Positions 37,162-46,997 of a stretch of DNA of 64,000 nucleotides are shown one piece after another. A model generated the notes under the pieces. The model searched no databases and was not told the DNA's origin. It was given only the letters and a program-made list of their open reading frames with translations. How positions within the stretch are numbered: the stretch's first letter is position 1; each line of letters starts with the position of its first letter. The DNA comes from Candidatus Palauibacter soopunensis (lineage in GTDB: Bacteria; Gemmatimonadota; Gemmatimonadetes; Palauibacterales; Palauibacteraceae), in the NCBI RefSeq assembly GCF_947581735.1, contig NZ_CANPVT010000024.1, forward strand, positions 52,243-116,242, in the 5' to 3' direction. A program made the translations under genes and the position numbers.

Positions 37162-38475
37162 ATGAAGAAAGCGATCATCGCGGTCGTCGTGGTTGTACTT
37201 CTCGCGACCATGGGATTCCTCGCCACGCAGCGGGAGGGGCGCGGCGCCGTCGAGGTCCGCGTGGAGGCCGTCGGGCTGCGGGATCTCATCGACGACGTCT
37301 CCGCGACGGGCCACATAGAACCGAAGACGCACGTGGACATCACCACGGACGTCGCCGGGCGGATCATCGAACTCCCGGTGGAGGAAGGGCAGGACGTGGA
37401 GGAGGGAGACCTCCTGCTTCAGATCGATCCGGCCCTCTTCAGGGCGGCCGTGGAACGGGCCGAGGCCGGTCTCGCCCAGGCGCAGGCCAACCTCGCCCAG
37501 CAGGGGGCGACCTACCGGCAGGCGCAGCGGGACGCGGACCGGCTCACGGCGTTGCAGGCGCGGGGGACCGACTTCGTGACCGAGGCGGAAGTCGAGCAGG
37601 CGGTGACGAACGCCGACGTCCAGAACCGGCTGCTCGAGGCCTCGGAGCACCAGGTCCACCAGGCCGAGGCGAGCCTCGACCAGGAACGGGACCGGCTCGG
37701 GAAGACGACGATCCGGGCGCCCATGTCGGGCCGGATCACGCGGCTCAACGTCGAGCGCGGCGAGACCGCGATCGTCGGGACGATGAACAATCCGGGCAGC
37801 CTGCTCCTCACCGTCGCGGACCTTTCCGTCATGGAGGCCGTGATCGAGGTGGACGAAACGGACGTGCCCGATATCACCATCGGCGACTCGGCCTACGTGG
37901 AGATCGACGCCTTCCCGAACCGGCGCTTCGTGGGAACCGTCACCGAGATCGGCAACAGCTCGATCGTCCCCCTGAATCCGGCCACGTCCGGCGGTTCGGC
38001 CCAGGCGATCGACTTCGAGGTGCGCATCGAACTTCGTGAGCCGCCCGAAGGGATCAGGCCGGACCTGTCGGCCACGGCCGACGTGATCACGGCCACCCGC
38101 GACCAGGTACCCAGCATCCCGATCACGGCGCTCACGCTGATGGATGCGGACGAGTACGAGGAGATCCCGAACGAGAACCTGCCGAGCGCTCCGCGATCCG
38201 ACGCGGCGCGGGACATCGAGGGCGTCTTCGTCGTGGAGGGCGACATCGTCCGCTTCCGGCCCGTGGAGATCGGTATCGCGGGCGAGAACTACTTCGAGGT
38301 CATGTCCGGGATCGAACTCGGGACGACCGTCGTCTCGGGCTCGTTCCAGGCGATCCGCGAACTCAGCGACGGGAGCCGGATCCGGATCGACGCGCCGGCC
38401 GGTGGCGGCGCGGCCAACCGCGAAGACGGTAGCGGGGGGAGCGACGCCGCGGTCAACGGAGAGGACGGACGATGA
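37162..38475 (+). CDS. Efflux periplasmic adaptor (membrane fusion protein, HlyD/MacA-like)
   Basis: [16 protein letters not shown] forms the anchor, followed by lipoyl/hairpin coiled-coil regions ([14 protein letters not shown]...) and the beta-barrel [19 protein letters not shown]. Confidence 0.85.
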   Translation: MKKAIIAVVVVVLLATMGFLATQREGRGAVEVRVEAVGLRDLIDDVSATGHIEPKTHVDITTDVAGRIIELPVEEGQDVEEGDLLLQIDPALFRAAVERAEAGLAQAQANLAQQGATYRQAQRDADRLTALQARGTDFVTEAEVEQAVTNADVQNRLLEASEHQVHQAEASLDQERDRLGKTTIRAPMSGRITRLNVERGETAIVGTMNNPGSLLLTVADLSVMEAVIEVDETDVPDITIGDSAYVEIDAFPNRRFVGTVTEIGNSSIVPLNPATSGGSAQAIDFEVRIELREPPEGIRPDLSATADVITATRDQVPSIPITALTLMDADEYEEIPNENLPSAPRSDAARDIEGVFVVEGDIVRFRPVEIGIAGENYFEVMSGIELGTTVVSGSFQAIRELSDGSRIRIDAPAGGGAANREDGSGGSDAAVNGEDGR

Positions 38476-39461
38476 GCGGGAACGGACACATGAAGTCGAT
38501 CATCGTCACGCGCGATCTGAGGAAGGAGTACGTGATGGGCACGGAGACGGTGCACGCGCTGGCGGGCGTGGACATCGAGATTCTCCGCAACGAGTACGTG
38601 TCGATCATGGGGCCGTCGGGTTCGGGCAAGTCGACGCTCATGAACATGATCGGCTGCCTCGATTCCCCGACGAGCGGGGAGTACGTGCTCAACGGACAGG
38701 CGGTCCAGGACCTGAGCGACGACAGCCTGGCCCGGATTCGAAACCGGGAGATCGGTTTCGTGTTCCAGACGTTCAACCTCCTGCCGCGGGCGACGGCGCT
38801 GCACAACGTGGAGCTGCCGCTCATCTACGCGGGCGTGTCGAGCCGGGACCGGCAGCAGAGGGCGGAGCAGGCGCTCGAGGTCGTTCAGCTGGCCGACCGG
38901 ATGGACCACAAACCGAACGAGCTGTCCGGCGGTCAGCGCCAGCGCGTGGCCATCGCGAGGGCGCTCGTCAACGACCCCTCGATCCTCCTCGCGGACGAGC
39001 CGACAGGGAACCTCGACTCCTCGACCTCCGAGGAGATCATGGATGTGTTCGACACGCTGCACGAGAACGGCCAGACCATCATCATGGTCACGCACGAGTA
39101 CGACATCGCGGCCCGCTCGCAGCGCGTGATCACGCTCGTCGACGGCAAGGTCGAGGCGCAGATGTCGGTGGACGAATACCTCGCGCGCGGCATCCAGCAG
39201 CCCACGGCGGCTTCGGTCGCGGACGGCGCATCGGCGAGCCCGGAGGCCCAGCCGGCGCCGGAGGCGACGCCCGAGCCGACACCGCCCCCTGAGACCGCTC
39301 CGTCGCCGCCCCCGGAGATCACCCCGTCGGCACCGCCACCGACGGCCGCTCCGATGGACCCGGTGCCGCCCGAGGCCGCCCCTCCGGCCCCGGGAACGCC
39401 GCGCCCCATCTCGAACCCGTGGGCGCCCCCGCCCACGCCGCCCGTCGATGGCGGCCGCTAG
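38472..39461 (+). CDS. ABC transporter ATP-binding protein (MacB/LolD class) with Pro-rich C-terminal tail
   Basis: Walker [13 protein letters not shown], signature [15 protein letters not shown], Walker [13 protein letters not shown]. The ATG overlaps the MFP stop as ATGA. The final ~100 aa are low-complexity P/A/E/T. Confidence 0.9.
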   Translation: MSGNGHMKSIIVTRDLRKEYVMGTETVHALAGVDIEILRNEYVSIMGPSGSGKSTLMNMIGCLDSPTSGEYVLNGQAVQDLSDDSLARIRNREIGFVFQTFNLLPRATALHNVELPLIYAGVSSRDRQQRAEQALEVVQLADRMDHKPNELSGGQRQRVAIARALVNDPSILLADEPTGNLDSSTSEEIMDVFDTLHENGQTIIMVTHEYDIAARSQRVITLVDGKVEAQMSVDEYLARGIQQPTAASVADGASASPEAQPAPEATPEPTPPPETAPSPPPEITPSAPPPTAAPMDPVPPEAAPPAPGTPRPISNPWAPPPTPPVDGGR

Positions 39462-39482
39462 CGGCCGAGCGACGTTCCGCCG

Positions 39483-40727
39483 ATGAGATTCTGGGAGGGC
39501 ATTCGCCTTTCGCTCCAACAGGTATGGGCGCAGAAGCTGAAGTCGTTCTTCGCGCTCCTCGGCATCATCATCGGGATCACCTTCCTCATGGCGGTCATCA
39601 CGATCGTCGAGGGCATGAACAGCTACGTACGGGACGACTTCGCGGGTTCCCTCTTCGGCGTGAACACGTTCACCGTCGTGCGACGGCCGCAGATTCAGAC
39701 CGGCCGTGTCGATGAGGCCGAGCGACGCCGGCAGCGCCGCAATCCCCAACTCACGATGGAGGACGTGGCGGTGGTGCAGGCCGCGGCGCCCGACGCCCAA
39801 TACCTGGCCTACTATGCGCGAGATGTCGCGGGCTCGGCTCGCTACGGGCAGTACGAGCGGCGCAATGTCCTCATGGTCGGGGGTTCGCCGGAGTACGAGG
39901 CGGTCCAGGGGTGGAAGGTGGTGGATGGGCGGGGCCTGACGCCGATCGATGACCAGCAGGCGCTCCCGGTCGCCGTCATCGGCGCCCAGATCGCCGAACG
40001 GCTCTTCCCCACGACCTCGCCCATCGACAAGCGCATCCGGGCGGGCGGGCACGGTTTCAGGGTCGTCGGCGTGCTGGAGGCGCAGGGCGGCCTCGCGGGG
40101 AATCTGCGCGATGCGGCCATACTCGTTCCCTTCGAGACGTTTCAGCGCACCGTGGCGCGCCGGCGGCTGGAGGTCGACGGGATCACCGTCAAGATGGGGT
40201 CGATCGACGAACTGGAACCGGCCATGGCGGAGGTGGAGGGCGCGATGCGCTCCAACCGGCGCCTGCGGCCCTCCGAGCCGAACAATTTCGGCATCGACAC
40301 TTCGGGTGGACTGCTCGATGCGTGGGAGACGATCAACCGGGTTCTGATGACGGCGCTGCCCGGCCTGGTCGGGATCTCGCTGGTGGTGGGCGGCATCGTG
40401 ATCATGAACATCATGCTGCTCTCGGTCACGGACCGGACGCGGGAGATCGGGCTCCGCAAGTCCCTCGGCGCGAAGCGGCGGGACGTCCTGTTCCAGTTCC
40501 TGACCGAGGCATCGACCCTCTCGATTCTGGGGGCGGCATTGGGTATCGGCTCCGGATTCGGGATGGCGCTGCTCGTCGAACAACTCACGCCGCTGCCGGC
40601 CGCCGTATCGGTGCCGGCGATGATCATCTCCCTCATTCTCGGGCTCGGGGTAGGGATCGTTTCCGGCCTCTATCCCGCCTATCGAGCCGCCCGGCTCGAC
40701 CCGATCGAAGCCCTCAGGTTCGAGTGA
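39483..40727 (+). CDS. ABC transporter permease, FtsX/MacB-type (copy 1, divergent)
   Basis: N-terminal TM, a large periplasmic domain, then the FtsX bundle MLLSVTDRTREIGLRKSLGAKRRDVLFQFLTEA...YPAYRAARLDPIEALRFE. Confidence 0.85.
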   Translation: MRFWEGIRLSLQQVWAQKLKSFFALLGIIIGITFLMAVITIVEGMNSYVRDDFAGSLFGVNTFTVVRRPQIQTGRVDEAERRRQRRNPQLTMEDVAVVQAAAPDAQYLAYYARDVAGSARYGQYERRNVLMVGGSPEYEAVQGWKVVDGRGLTPIDDQQALPVAVIGAQIAERLFPTTSPIDKRIRAGGHGFRVVGVLEAQGGLAGNLRDAAILVPFETFQRTVARRRLEVDGITVKMGSIDELEPAMAEVEGAMRSNRRLRPSEPNNFGIDTSGGLLDAWETINRVLMTALPGLVGISLVVGGIVIMNIMLLSVTDRTREIGLRKSLGAKRRDVLFQFLTEASTLSILGAALGIGSGFGMALLVEQLTPLPAAVSVPAMIISLILGLGVGIVSGLYPAYRAARLDPIEALRFE

Positions 40728-40755
40728 GGTTGCGGTGAGCCCGGGAGGACGGCGC

Positions 40756-42030
40756 ATGCGAGGCATGGGGTTCATCGCGACGGTCACAGAAGGGATCGCC
40801 GTCGCCTTCGACTCGCTCGGGGCGAACAAGGTGCGGAGCGGTCTCACGATCCTCGGCGTGACGATCGGAGTCCTCGTCGTCATGGTGATGGCGGCGGTGA
40901 TCACCGGGATCAACCGGAGCTTCTCGGAGCTGATGGCCCCGGAGGGGATCACGACGTTCTGGGTGGCGCACTTCGACTTTTCCTCGATGCAAATCAGCGG
41001 CCCGCTCGAAGAAGGGGAGGACGCTTTCTTCAGGAACCCCCCGCTGAAACCGGAATGGGCGAAGGAACTGGGTCGGGTCGAGGGGATCCAGAGCGCGGCG
41101 CCCATCGTGGATCTGGCGGGGTCGGGCTACGAGGCCTCCTCCGAGGGCGACCGGGTCGAGATCGGACTCTACGGGGTGGGCGCCGACTATATCGAGATCT
41201 CTGGCGGCGATATCATCTCCGGCCGCTGGTTCACCCAGTCGGAGGCCGAGCGGCGCGCGGCGGTCACCGTGATCGACTCGGCCACCGCCGTGGAGCTGTT
41301 CGGGACCCGGGATCCGATCGGACGGGACATTCGCGTCAGCAGGGGCAGCGAGAACGCGAGGGTTCGCGTGGTCGGCATCTACAGGGTGCCCGCCAACCTC
41401 TTCGCCGGCCTCGTCTCGCACTACGTGTGGATGCCCTTCGCGACGGCGGACAAGCTGCTGCGGGTGTGGGACCGGCAGATCAGTTTCGTCGTGCGGCCGG
41501 AACCGGAAACGGAGCTGCAGACCGCGCTCGACGCGACCCGCGCCCGCATGCGGCAACTGCGGGGACTGCAGGTCGGCGAGGAAGACGACTTCGCCATCAT
41601 GACCCCCGATCAGATGATGGAGCTGTGGGGCCAGCTGACGAACGTGCTGTTCGCCGCAATGGTCGGCCTGTCGAGCATCGGGCTCATGGTCGGTGGCGTC
41701 GGCGTCATCGGCATCATGATGATCTCCGTCACGGAGCGGACCCGGGAGATCGGGCTCCGCAAGGCGATGGGCGGGCGCCGCCGCGACATCATGTGGCAGT
41801 TCCTCGTCGAAGCGGCCACGCTCACGCTGCTGGGCGGGGCGACCGGCATGCTGCTCGGGGGCGGGCTCGTGTGGGTCGTGAACCAGGCCACGCCGCTCAC
41901 CGCCGTCGTGCCGCTGTGGTCGATCGTGGCCGCGCTGGCCGCCTCGATCCTGACCGGCGTCGGCTTCGGACTCTACCCCGCCTCCCGGGCCGCGGGTCTG
42001 GACCCCATCGACGCGTTGCGTTACGAGTAG
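40756..42030 (+). CDS. ABC transporter permease, FtsX/MacB-type (copy 2)
   Basis: The ATG at 40756 has GGGAGGA 6 nt upstream. SVTERTREIGLRKAMGGRRRDIMWQFLVEAATLTLLGG...YPASRAAGLDPIDALRYE. Confidence 0.85.
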   Translation: MRGMGFIATVTEGIAVAFDSLGANKVRSGLTILGVTIGVLVVMVMAAVITGINRSFSELMAPEGITTFWVAHFDFSSMQISGPLEEGEDAFFRNPPLKPEWAKELGRVEGIQSAAPIVDLAGSGYEASSEGDRVEIGLYGVGADYIEISGGDIISGRWFTQSEAERRAAVTVIDSATAVELFGTRDPIGRDIRVSRGSENARVRVVGIYRVPANLFAGLVSHYVWMPFATADKLLRVWDRQISFVVRPEPETELQTALDATRARMRQLRGLQVGEEDDFAIMTPDQMMELWGQLTNVLFAAMVGLSSIGLMVGGVGVIGIMMISVTERTREIGLRKAMGGRRRDIMWQFLVEAATLTLLGGATGMLLGGGLVWVVNQATPLTAVVPLWSIVAALAASILTGVGFGLYPASRAAGLDPIDALRYE

Positions 42031-42104
42031 TCATCTCCCGCGGCAGGAAACGCGCGACCTGACTCCGGCAGGCGATCGAAGCCGCGGGCGACGGGGAGGC
42101 GCGT

Positions 42105-43409
42105 ATGACCGCTCGGGCACGCGGCGGCATGGGGTTCCTTTCGACGGTCACCGAAGGGATCGCGGTCGCCTTCGACTCGATCAGGGCCAACAAGGTTCGG
42201 AGCGGCCTCACGATCCTGGGCGTCACCATCGGCGTGCTCGTCGTGATGGTGATGGCGGCCGCGATCACCGGCATCAACCAGAGCTTCGAAGACGCGATGT
42301 CCCCGAACGGCGTCGAGACGTTTTACGTGGCGCACTGGGACTTCACGTCGGCGGGCTTCGGTGGCGGCCCTCTGGGCGAGGAGGAGCCGGACCTCTTCAG
42401 GAACAAGCCGCTCGATCCGCGGTGGGCCAGGGACCTCGGGCGCATCCCGGGCATCCGAAGCGCGTCGCCGTTCGTCGAACTCACCGGCGATTTCGGTCCG
42501 GGGGCCTTCGAGGCGAGCGTCGGGTCGGACCGGGTCGAGATCTCGTTCTACGGCGTCGGGGCCGACTATCTCGAGATCTACAGCGGCGACATCATCTCGG
42601 GACGTTGGTTCACGCACCCCGAGGCCGAACGGCGGGCGCCCGTCGCCGTGATCGATTCCACCGTGGCGGCCGACCTGTTCGGGTCGCTCGATCCGCTCGG
42701 CCGCGAGATCCGGATCGGCGAAGGCAGCCGCGGAGCCATGTTTCGCGTGGTCGGCGTGTACCGGGTGCCGGCCAACCTGTTCGCCGGCCTCGCGTCGCAC
42801 TACGTGTGGGTACCGTTCGCGAGCGCGGACAAGCTGCTGCCCGTCTGGGACCGGGCCGTCAGCATCATCGTGCGGCCGGAACCCGAAGCCGACCTTCAGA
42901 TAGCGCTCGACGCGACGCACGCGCGGATGCGGCAGCTTCGCCAACTGGAGCCGAGCGAGGAGGACGACTTCGCGGTGCTGAGCCAGGAGCAATTGCTGAG
43001 TCTCTGGGGTCAGCTGACGAACGTCCTGTTCGCGGCGATGCTCGGGTTGTCGAGCATCGGGCTCATGGTCGGCGGCGTGGGGGTCATCGGCATCATGATG
43101 ATCTCCGTGACGGAGCGGACTCGCGAGATCGGGCTGCGGAAAGCGATGGGCGGGCGACGCCGGGACATCATGTGGCAGTTCCTGGTCGAAGCGGCCACGC
43201 TCACGCTGCTCGGCGGCGCGACGGGGATGCTGCTGGGTGGCGCGATGGTATGGGCCGTGAATCAGTTGACGCCGCTGCCGGCGGTCGTGCCGCTGTGGTC
43301 GATCCTGGCCGCCCTTGCGGCATCGGTGCTGACCGGGATCGGTTTCGGGCTCTACCCGGCCTCCCGGGCCGCGGGGTTGGACCCCATCGACGCGCTGCGC
43401 TACGAGTAG
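42105..43409 (+). CDS. ABC transporter permease, FtsX/MacB-type (copy 3, close tandem paralog of copy 2)
   Basis: The ATG at 42105 has GGGGAGG upstream. The C-terminal TM bundle is nearly identical to copy 2, down to the same final YPASRAAGLDPIDALRYE. Confidence 0.85.
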   Translation: MTARARGGMGFLSTVTEGIAVAFDSIRANKVRSGLTILGVTIGVLVVMVMAAAITGINQSFEDAMSPNGVETFYVAHWDFTSAGFGGGPLGEEEPDLFRNKPLDPRWARDLGRIPGIRSASPFVELTGDFGPGAFEASVGSDRVEISFYGVGADYLEIYSGDIISGRWFTHPEAERRAPVAVIDSTVAADLFGSLDPLGREIRIGEGSRGAMFRVVGVYRVPANLFAGLASHYVWVPFASADKLLPVWDRAVSIIVRPEPEADLQIALDATHARMRQLRQLEPSEEDDFAVLSQEQLLSLWGQLTNVLFAAMLGLSSIGLMVGGVGVIGIMMISVTERTREIGLRKAMGGRRRDIMWQFLVEAATLTLLGGATGMLLGGAMVWAVNQLTPLPAVVPLWSILAALAASVLTGIGFGLYPASRAAGLDPIDALRYE

Positions 43410-43438
43410 GCGGCTGAAAGCGAGCGGCTGACCACCCG

Positions 43439-44164
43439 ATGACCGAATCACCGCTGGACCTCCTTGCCATCGCGGCGCATCCGGACGACGCCGAGCTCAC
43501 CTGCGGCGGGACGCTGGCGCGCGCCGCCGAACAGGGTCGCCGGACCGGAATCCTGGACCTGACGCGGGGCGAGATGGGCTCGCGCGGGACGCCCGAGTTG
43601 CGGGCGGAGGAGGCGGGCCGGGCGGCGGCGGCGCTTGGCGTCGGGGTGCGGGTCAACGCCGGGCTGCCGGATGCGCGGCTCGAAAACTCGCTGGAGGCGC
43701 GGGGCGTCGTCGTGGAGCACCTGAGGCGTCTCGCCCCCCGGACGGTGATCCTTCCCTATCCGCGCGGCCGCCATCCCGATCACCGGGTCGCCTCGGAACT
43801 CGCGCGCGACGCCTGTTTCCTCGCGGGACTGCGGGAGTACGAAGGCGGACCGGGGCGGCGGCCGGAGAAGGTCCTCTATGCGATGGCGTACCGGGAGGAT
43901 GCGGTGAAGCCGACCTTCGTCGTACCGCTCACGGAAGCGCAGTTCCAGCGGAAGGTCGAGGCGGTGCGGTGCTACGCGTCACAGTTCGAGGGCGCGACGG
44001 CGGCGGGCGAGATCTTCCCCACCGGACAGCCGCTCGTCGAACGCATCGAAACCGCGTCGCGGCACTACGGTTCGCTGGTCCGGGCCCCGCACGGCGAACC
44101 GTTCCATACCGATGAGACGATGCGCGTGAGCGATGTCACACGCCTCGGAGTTCGCTCGTTATAG
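43439..44164 (+). CDS. bshB1: PIG-L/LmbE-family deacetylase, BshB1-like (bacillithiol biosynthesis)
   Basis: LDLLAIAAHPDDAELTCGGTLARAAEQGRRTGILDLTRGEMGSRGTPELRAEEA closely resembles the BshB1 N-terminus, and the HPDH motif is present. Confidence 0.75.
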   Translation: MTESPLDLLAIAAHPDDAELTCGGTLARAAEQGRRTGILDLTRGEMGSRGTPELRAEEAGRAAAALGVGVRVNAGLPDARLENSLEARGVVVEHLRRLAPRTVILPYPRGRHPDHRVASELARDACFLAGLREYEGGPGRRPEKVLYAMAYREDAVKPTFVVPLTEAQFQRKVEAVRCYASQFEGATAAGEIFPTGQPLVERIETASRHYGSLVRAPHGEPFHTDETMRVSDVTRLGVRSL

Positions 44165-44165
44165 A

Positions 44166-44195
44166 AAGGCGCCTTTCACGGACGCCGGGCGCCTT
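44166..44195. terminator. 8-bp inverted repeat (AAGGCGCC ... GGCGCCTT, 14-nt loop) between convergent genes; candidate bidirectional terminator
   Basis: Arms are at 44166-44173 and 44188-44195, between the bshB1 stop (44164) and the HIRAN-like stop (44203). Flanking A/T residues are few. Confidence 0.35.
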
Positions 44196-44202
44196 GAAGG
44201 CG

Positions 44203-44637
44203 TCAGCCGCAGCGAACCTCGACGAGGAGGCGCTTCCAGCTCGGGACCGACTCGGCGCCCACCTTGATCACCTGCACGCGTGCCGCGCCGCCGCGCCGCA
44301 TCCACGGGGCGAGCCAGGCGCCGATCTCCCGGGGAAGGTGGCCGACGGGGTCACCATCGCGGATATGGACCCACACATCGTCGGGTTCGCCTCCGGGCGG
44401 GTCGGGAATCAGGAGGAGTTCCTCCTTCGGGCCTACGGCGTCGAGGTGGCGGGCGCGGTCTTCGAAGGCGAGTCCGTGGACGGTGGTGCGGAACACCGGG
44501 GCCCCGCGCGGCGGTATGCTCTGTGGGTCGGACGTGGGCCCCGTGGGGTTTGGCGCCGGCGGGGTGCCCCCCGGCGCGGAACGTGGTGGTTCCATGTACT
44601 CCATCCCGAGTTGCGGCGTCGTTTGAAGCTTCGACAC
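44203..44637 (-). CDS. Stand-alone HIRAN-domain-like protein with Pro-rich N-terminus
   Basis: VHGLAFEDRARHLDAVGPKEELLLIPDPPGGEPDDVWVHIRDGDPVGHLPREIGAWLAPWMRRGG fits the HIRAN pattern (VAG..y...g..l.L.reP.N..D.nAi.V....g..iGylpr..a..la) by eye. GTG start with AGAGGG upstream. Confidence 0.55.
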   Translation of the reverse strand: MSKLQTTPQLGMEYMEPPRSAPGGTPPAPNPTGPTSDPQSIPPRGAPVFRTTVHGLAFEDRARHLDAVGPKEELLLIPDPPGGEPDDVWVHIRDGDPVGHLPREIGAWLAPWMRRGGAARVQVIKVGAESVPSWKRLLVEVRCG

Positions 44638-44684
44638 AATAGACCCTCTTTGCTCGGCGGGCGAATCCTGACCGAAAAAGGGCG

Positions 44685-45857
44685 ATGATACAGCCGGAAG
44701 AAGAGCGGCTTTACCTCGATTACGCGGCGACCTGGCCCATGCGGCCGGAGGTGTGGGATGCCATGGGAGCGGAGCTGCGGGACGGCTTCAATCCCGCGAG
44801 CGCGCACGCCCCCGGGCGCCGGGCGCATCGCTGCCTGGAGGTCGCGCGCGGGCGGATCGCGGATCTGCTCGGGGGCCCGCGCTCGTCCATCTACTTCACG
44901 GGCGGCGGCACGCAGTCGGACAACCTCGCGATCCTCGGCTTCGTCCGGGCGAACCCGGGGCGCAGCCCGCGCGTGTTCGTGTCCGCGATCGAGCACAAGG
45001 CGTGCCTCGAGGCGGCGGACCGCGGGGCCGTTGAGGGGGCCCGCGCGGCGCGGATTCCCGTGGACCGCTCGGGGACGATCGATCTCGCGTGGCTGCGGCG
45101 GGAACTCGCGGCGGACCCGGACGCGCCGACGCTGATTTCGGTGATGTGGGCGAACAACGAGATCGGCACGGTCCAGGCGATGGGGGACATCGTCGAACTG
45201 GGCCACGAATACGGGGCCCTCGTACACACGGACGCCGTGCAGGCGCTGGGGAAGGTGGACTGCGATCTCGAGCGGACGCCGGTCGATCTCCTGTCGGCGA
45301 CGGCGCACAAGCTCGGCGGGCCCGTGGGGATCGGCCTCCTCTACCGGCGGCCGGGGGTGACGCTGGAGCCGCTGAGCTATGGCGGCGGCCAGGAACGGTC
45401 CATGTGGCCGGGCACGCAGAACCCGGTCGGCGCGACGGGCTTCGCGGCCGCGCTCGCGCTCGCGCTCGAGGACCGCGAGGCGGCGGTCGCGCGCTGGACC
45501 GGCTTGCGCGATCACCTCGAGGCGCGGATCCGGGCGGAGATTCCGGATGCCCGGATCCATGCCGGGGACGCGCCGCTGCGGATGCCGAATCTCGTCAGCG
45601 TCGGGATTCCGGGGTGTGACAGCGGAGCCGTGCTCGTTTCCCTCGACTTCGAGGGGATCGCGGTCTCGGGCGGGTCGGCGTGCGGCTCCGACTCGAGCGT
45701 CGGCTCCGACGTGCTGGACGCAATCGGGATCACCAGCGATGTCCCGTATGCGGCCGTGCGCTTCAGCTTCGGCCACGACACGTCCCGGGCGGACGTCGAC
45801 GCGGCGGCGGATGCGCTCGCGCGGGTCGCCGCGCGGGTCGTCGCCATTACGGCCTGA
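44685..45857 (+). CDS. Cysteine desulfurase (class V aminotransferase, NifS/IscS/YrvO-like)
   Basis: SATAHKLGGPVGIG (PLP lysine) and SGGSACGS (catalytic Cys loop). It sits immediately upstream of mnmA. Confidence 0.9.
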   Translation: MIQPEEERLYLDYAATWPMRPEVWDAMGAELRDGFNPASAHAPGRRAHRCLEVARGRIADLLGGPRSSIYFTGGGTQSDNLAILGFVRANPGRSPRVFVSAIEHKACLEAADRGAVEGARAARIPVDRSGTIDLAWLRRELAADPDAPTLISVMWANNEIGTVQAMGDIVELGHEYGALVHTDAVQALGKVDCDLERTPVDLLSATAHKLGGPVGIGLLYRRPGVTLEPLSYGGGQERSMWPGTQNPVGATGFAAALALALEDREAAVARWTGLRDHLEARIRAEIPDARIHAGDAPLRMPNLVSVGIPGCDSGAVLVSLDFEGIAVSGGSACGSDSSVGSDVLDAIGITSDVPYAAVRFSFGHDTSRADVDAAADALARVAARVVAITA

Positions 45858-45869
45858 GATCGCGCGTCC

Positions 45870-46967
45870 ATGATCGCCCCGACCCGCCTCGCGGACTCCG
45901 TGCTCGTCGCCATGTCGGGCGGCGTGGACTCTTCGCTCACCGCGGCGCTGCTCGCGCGCGAGGGCCGTCCGATCATCGGCGTGACGATGAAGACCTTCTG
46001 CTACACCGGCAGCGAGGGCCCGACGCGCACCTGCTGCGGCCTCGACGGGATCGCGGACGCCAAGTCCGTCGCGGCCCAGCTCGACATGCCGCACCACGTG
46101 TTCGATGTCGAGGAGGAGTTCACGCGCGACGTGATCGACGACTTCGTGTCGGAGTACGCGGCCGGCCGCACGCCGATCCCGTGCGTCCGCTGCAACAGCT
46201 TCACGAAGTTCCGGGACCTCCTCGTGCGGGCGGACGCGCTGGGCTGCCGCTGGCTGGCGACGGGGCACTACGCGCGCGTGATCCGGCCCCGCTCCGGGCC
46301 GCCGGAACTCCACCTCGGCGCGGACGACCACAAGGACCAGACCTACTTCCTGTGGGGGATGCCGCGCGAGGCGCTCGACCGCCTTCTCCTGCCGGTCGGC
46401 GAGCTCACGAAGCCGCAGGTCCGCGCGGAGGCGCGGCGGCTCGGCCTCGACACGGCGGACAAGCCGGAGTCGTTCGAGATCTGCTTCGTCCCCGACAACG
46501 ACTACGCCGGGGTCCTGCGCCGGTACCTGCCGGAAGACCACCCTGCCCTCTCGCCCGGCGCCATCCGCTTGGAGGACGGCTCGGACGCGGGGGAACACCC
46601 GGGCTACGCGCACTACACGGTGGGGCAGCGCAAGGGGCTTCCGGGCGGTTTCGCCGAGCCGATGTTCGTGCTCGAGATCCGGCCGGAGTCGCGCGACGTC
46701 ATCATCGGGCCGCGGACCTCCCTGGCTCGCTCGCGCATCGGCGCCCGGGGCGTGAACTGGCTCGCCGAGCCTCCGGCCAGTGGCGAGCGCATCGGCGTTC
46801 GGATCCGGCACGGGGCCGCGATCGTCGACGCGGATGTCATCGAGGCGACGCCGGCCGGATTCTCGCTGGAGCTGCCCGTCCCGCAGTCGGCGATCACGCC
46901 CGGACAGAGCGCCGTGCTCTACCGGGACGACCTCGTCCTCGGCGGCGGCGTCATCGTCTCGAACTGA
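45870..46967 (+). CDS. mnmA: tRNA 2-thiouridine(34) synthase
   Basis: PP-loop VAMSGGVDSSLTAALL, CCGLD, IPCVRCN and DQTYFLW are present. Confidence 0.93.
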   Translation: MIAPTRLADSVLVAMSGGVDSSLTAALLAREGRPIIGVTMKTFCYTGSEGPTRTCCGLDGIADAKSVAAQLDMPHHVFDVEEEFTRDVIDDFVSEYAAGRTPIPCVRCNSFTKFRDLLVRADALGCRWLATGHYARVIRPRSGPPELHLGADDHKDQTYFLWGMPREALDRLLLPVGELTKPQVRAEARRLGLDTADKPESFEICFVPDNDYAGVLRRYLPEDHPALSPGAIRLEDGSDAGEHPGYAHYTVGQRKGLPGGFAEPMFVLEIRPESRDVIIGPRTSLARSRIGARGVNWLAEPPASGERIGVRIRHGAAIVDADVIEATPAGFSLELPVPQSAITPGQSAVLYRDDLVLGGGVIVSN

Positions 46968-46997
46968 CGGTGGGCGGCGAGGCAGCCGACCCGCGGG

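Noticed and set aside
46968-46997. Possible terminator hairpin between convergent mnmA and dnaJ (CTGAC...GTCAG).
   Set aside because: Only the outer 5 bp pair cleanly. The inner part is mismatched and there is no U-tract.
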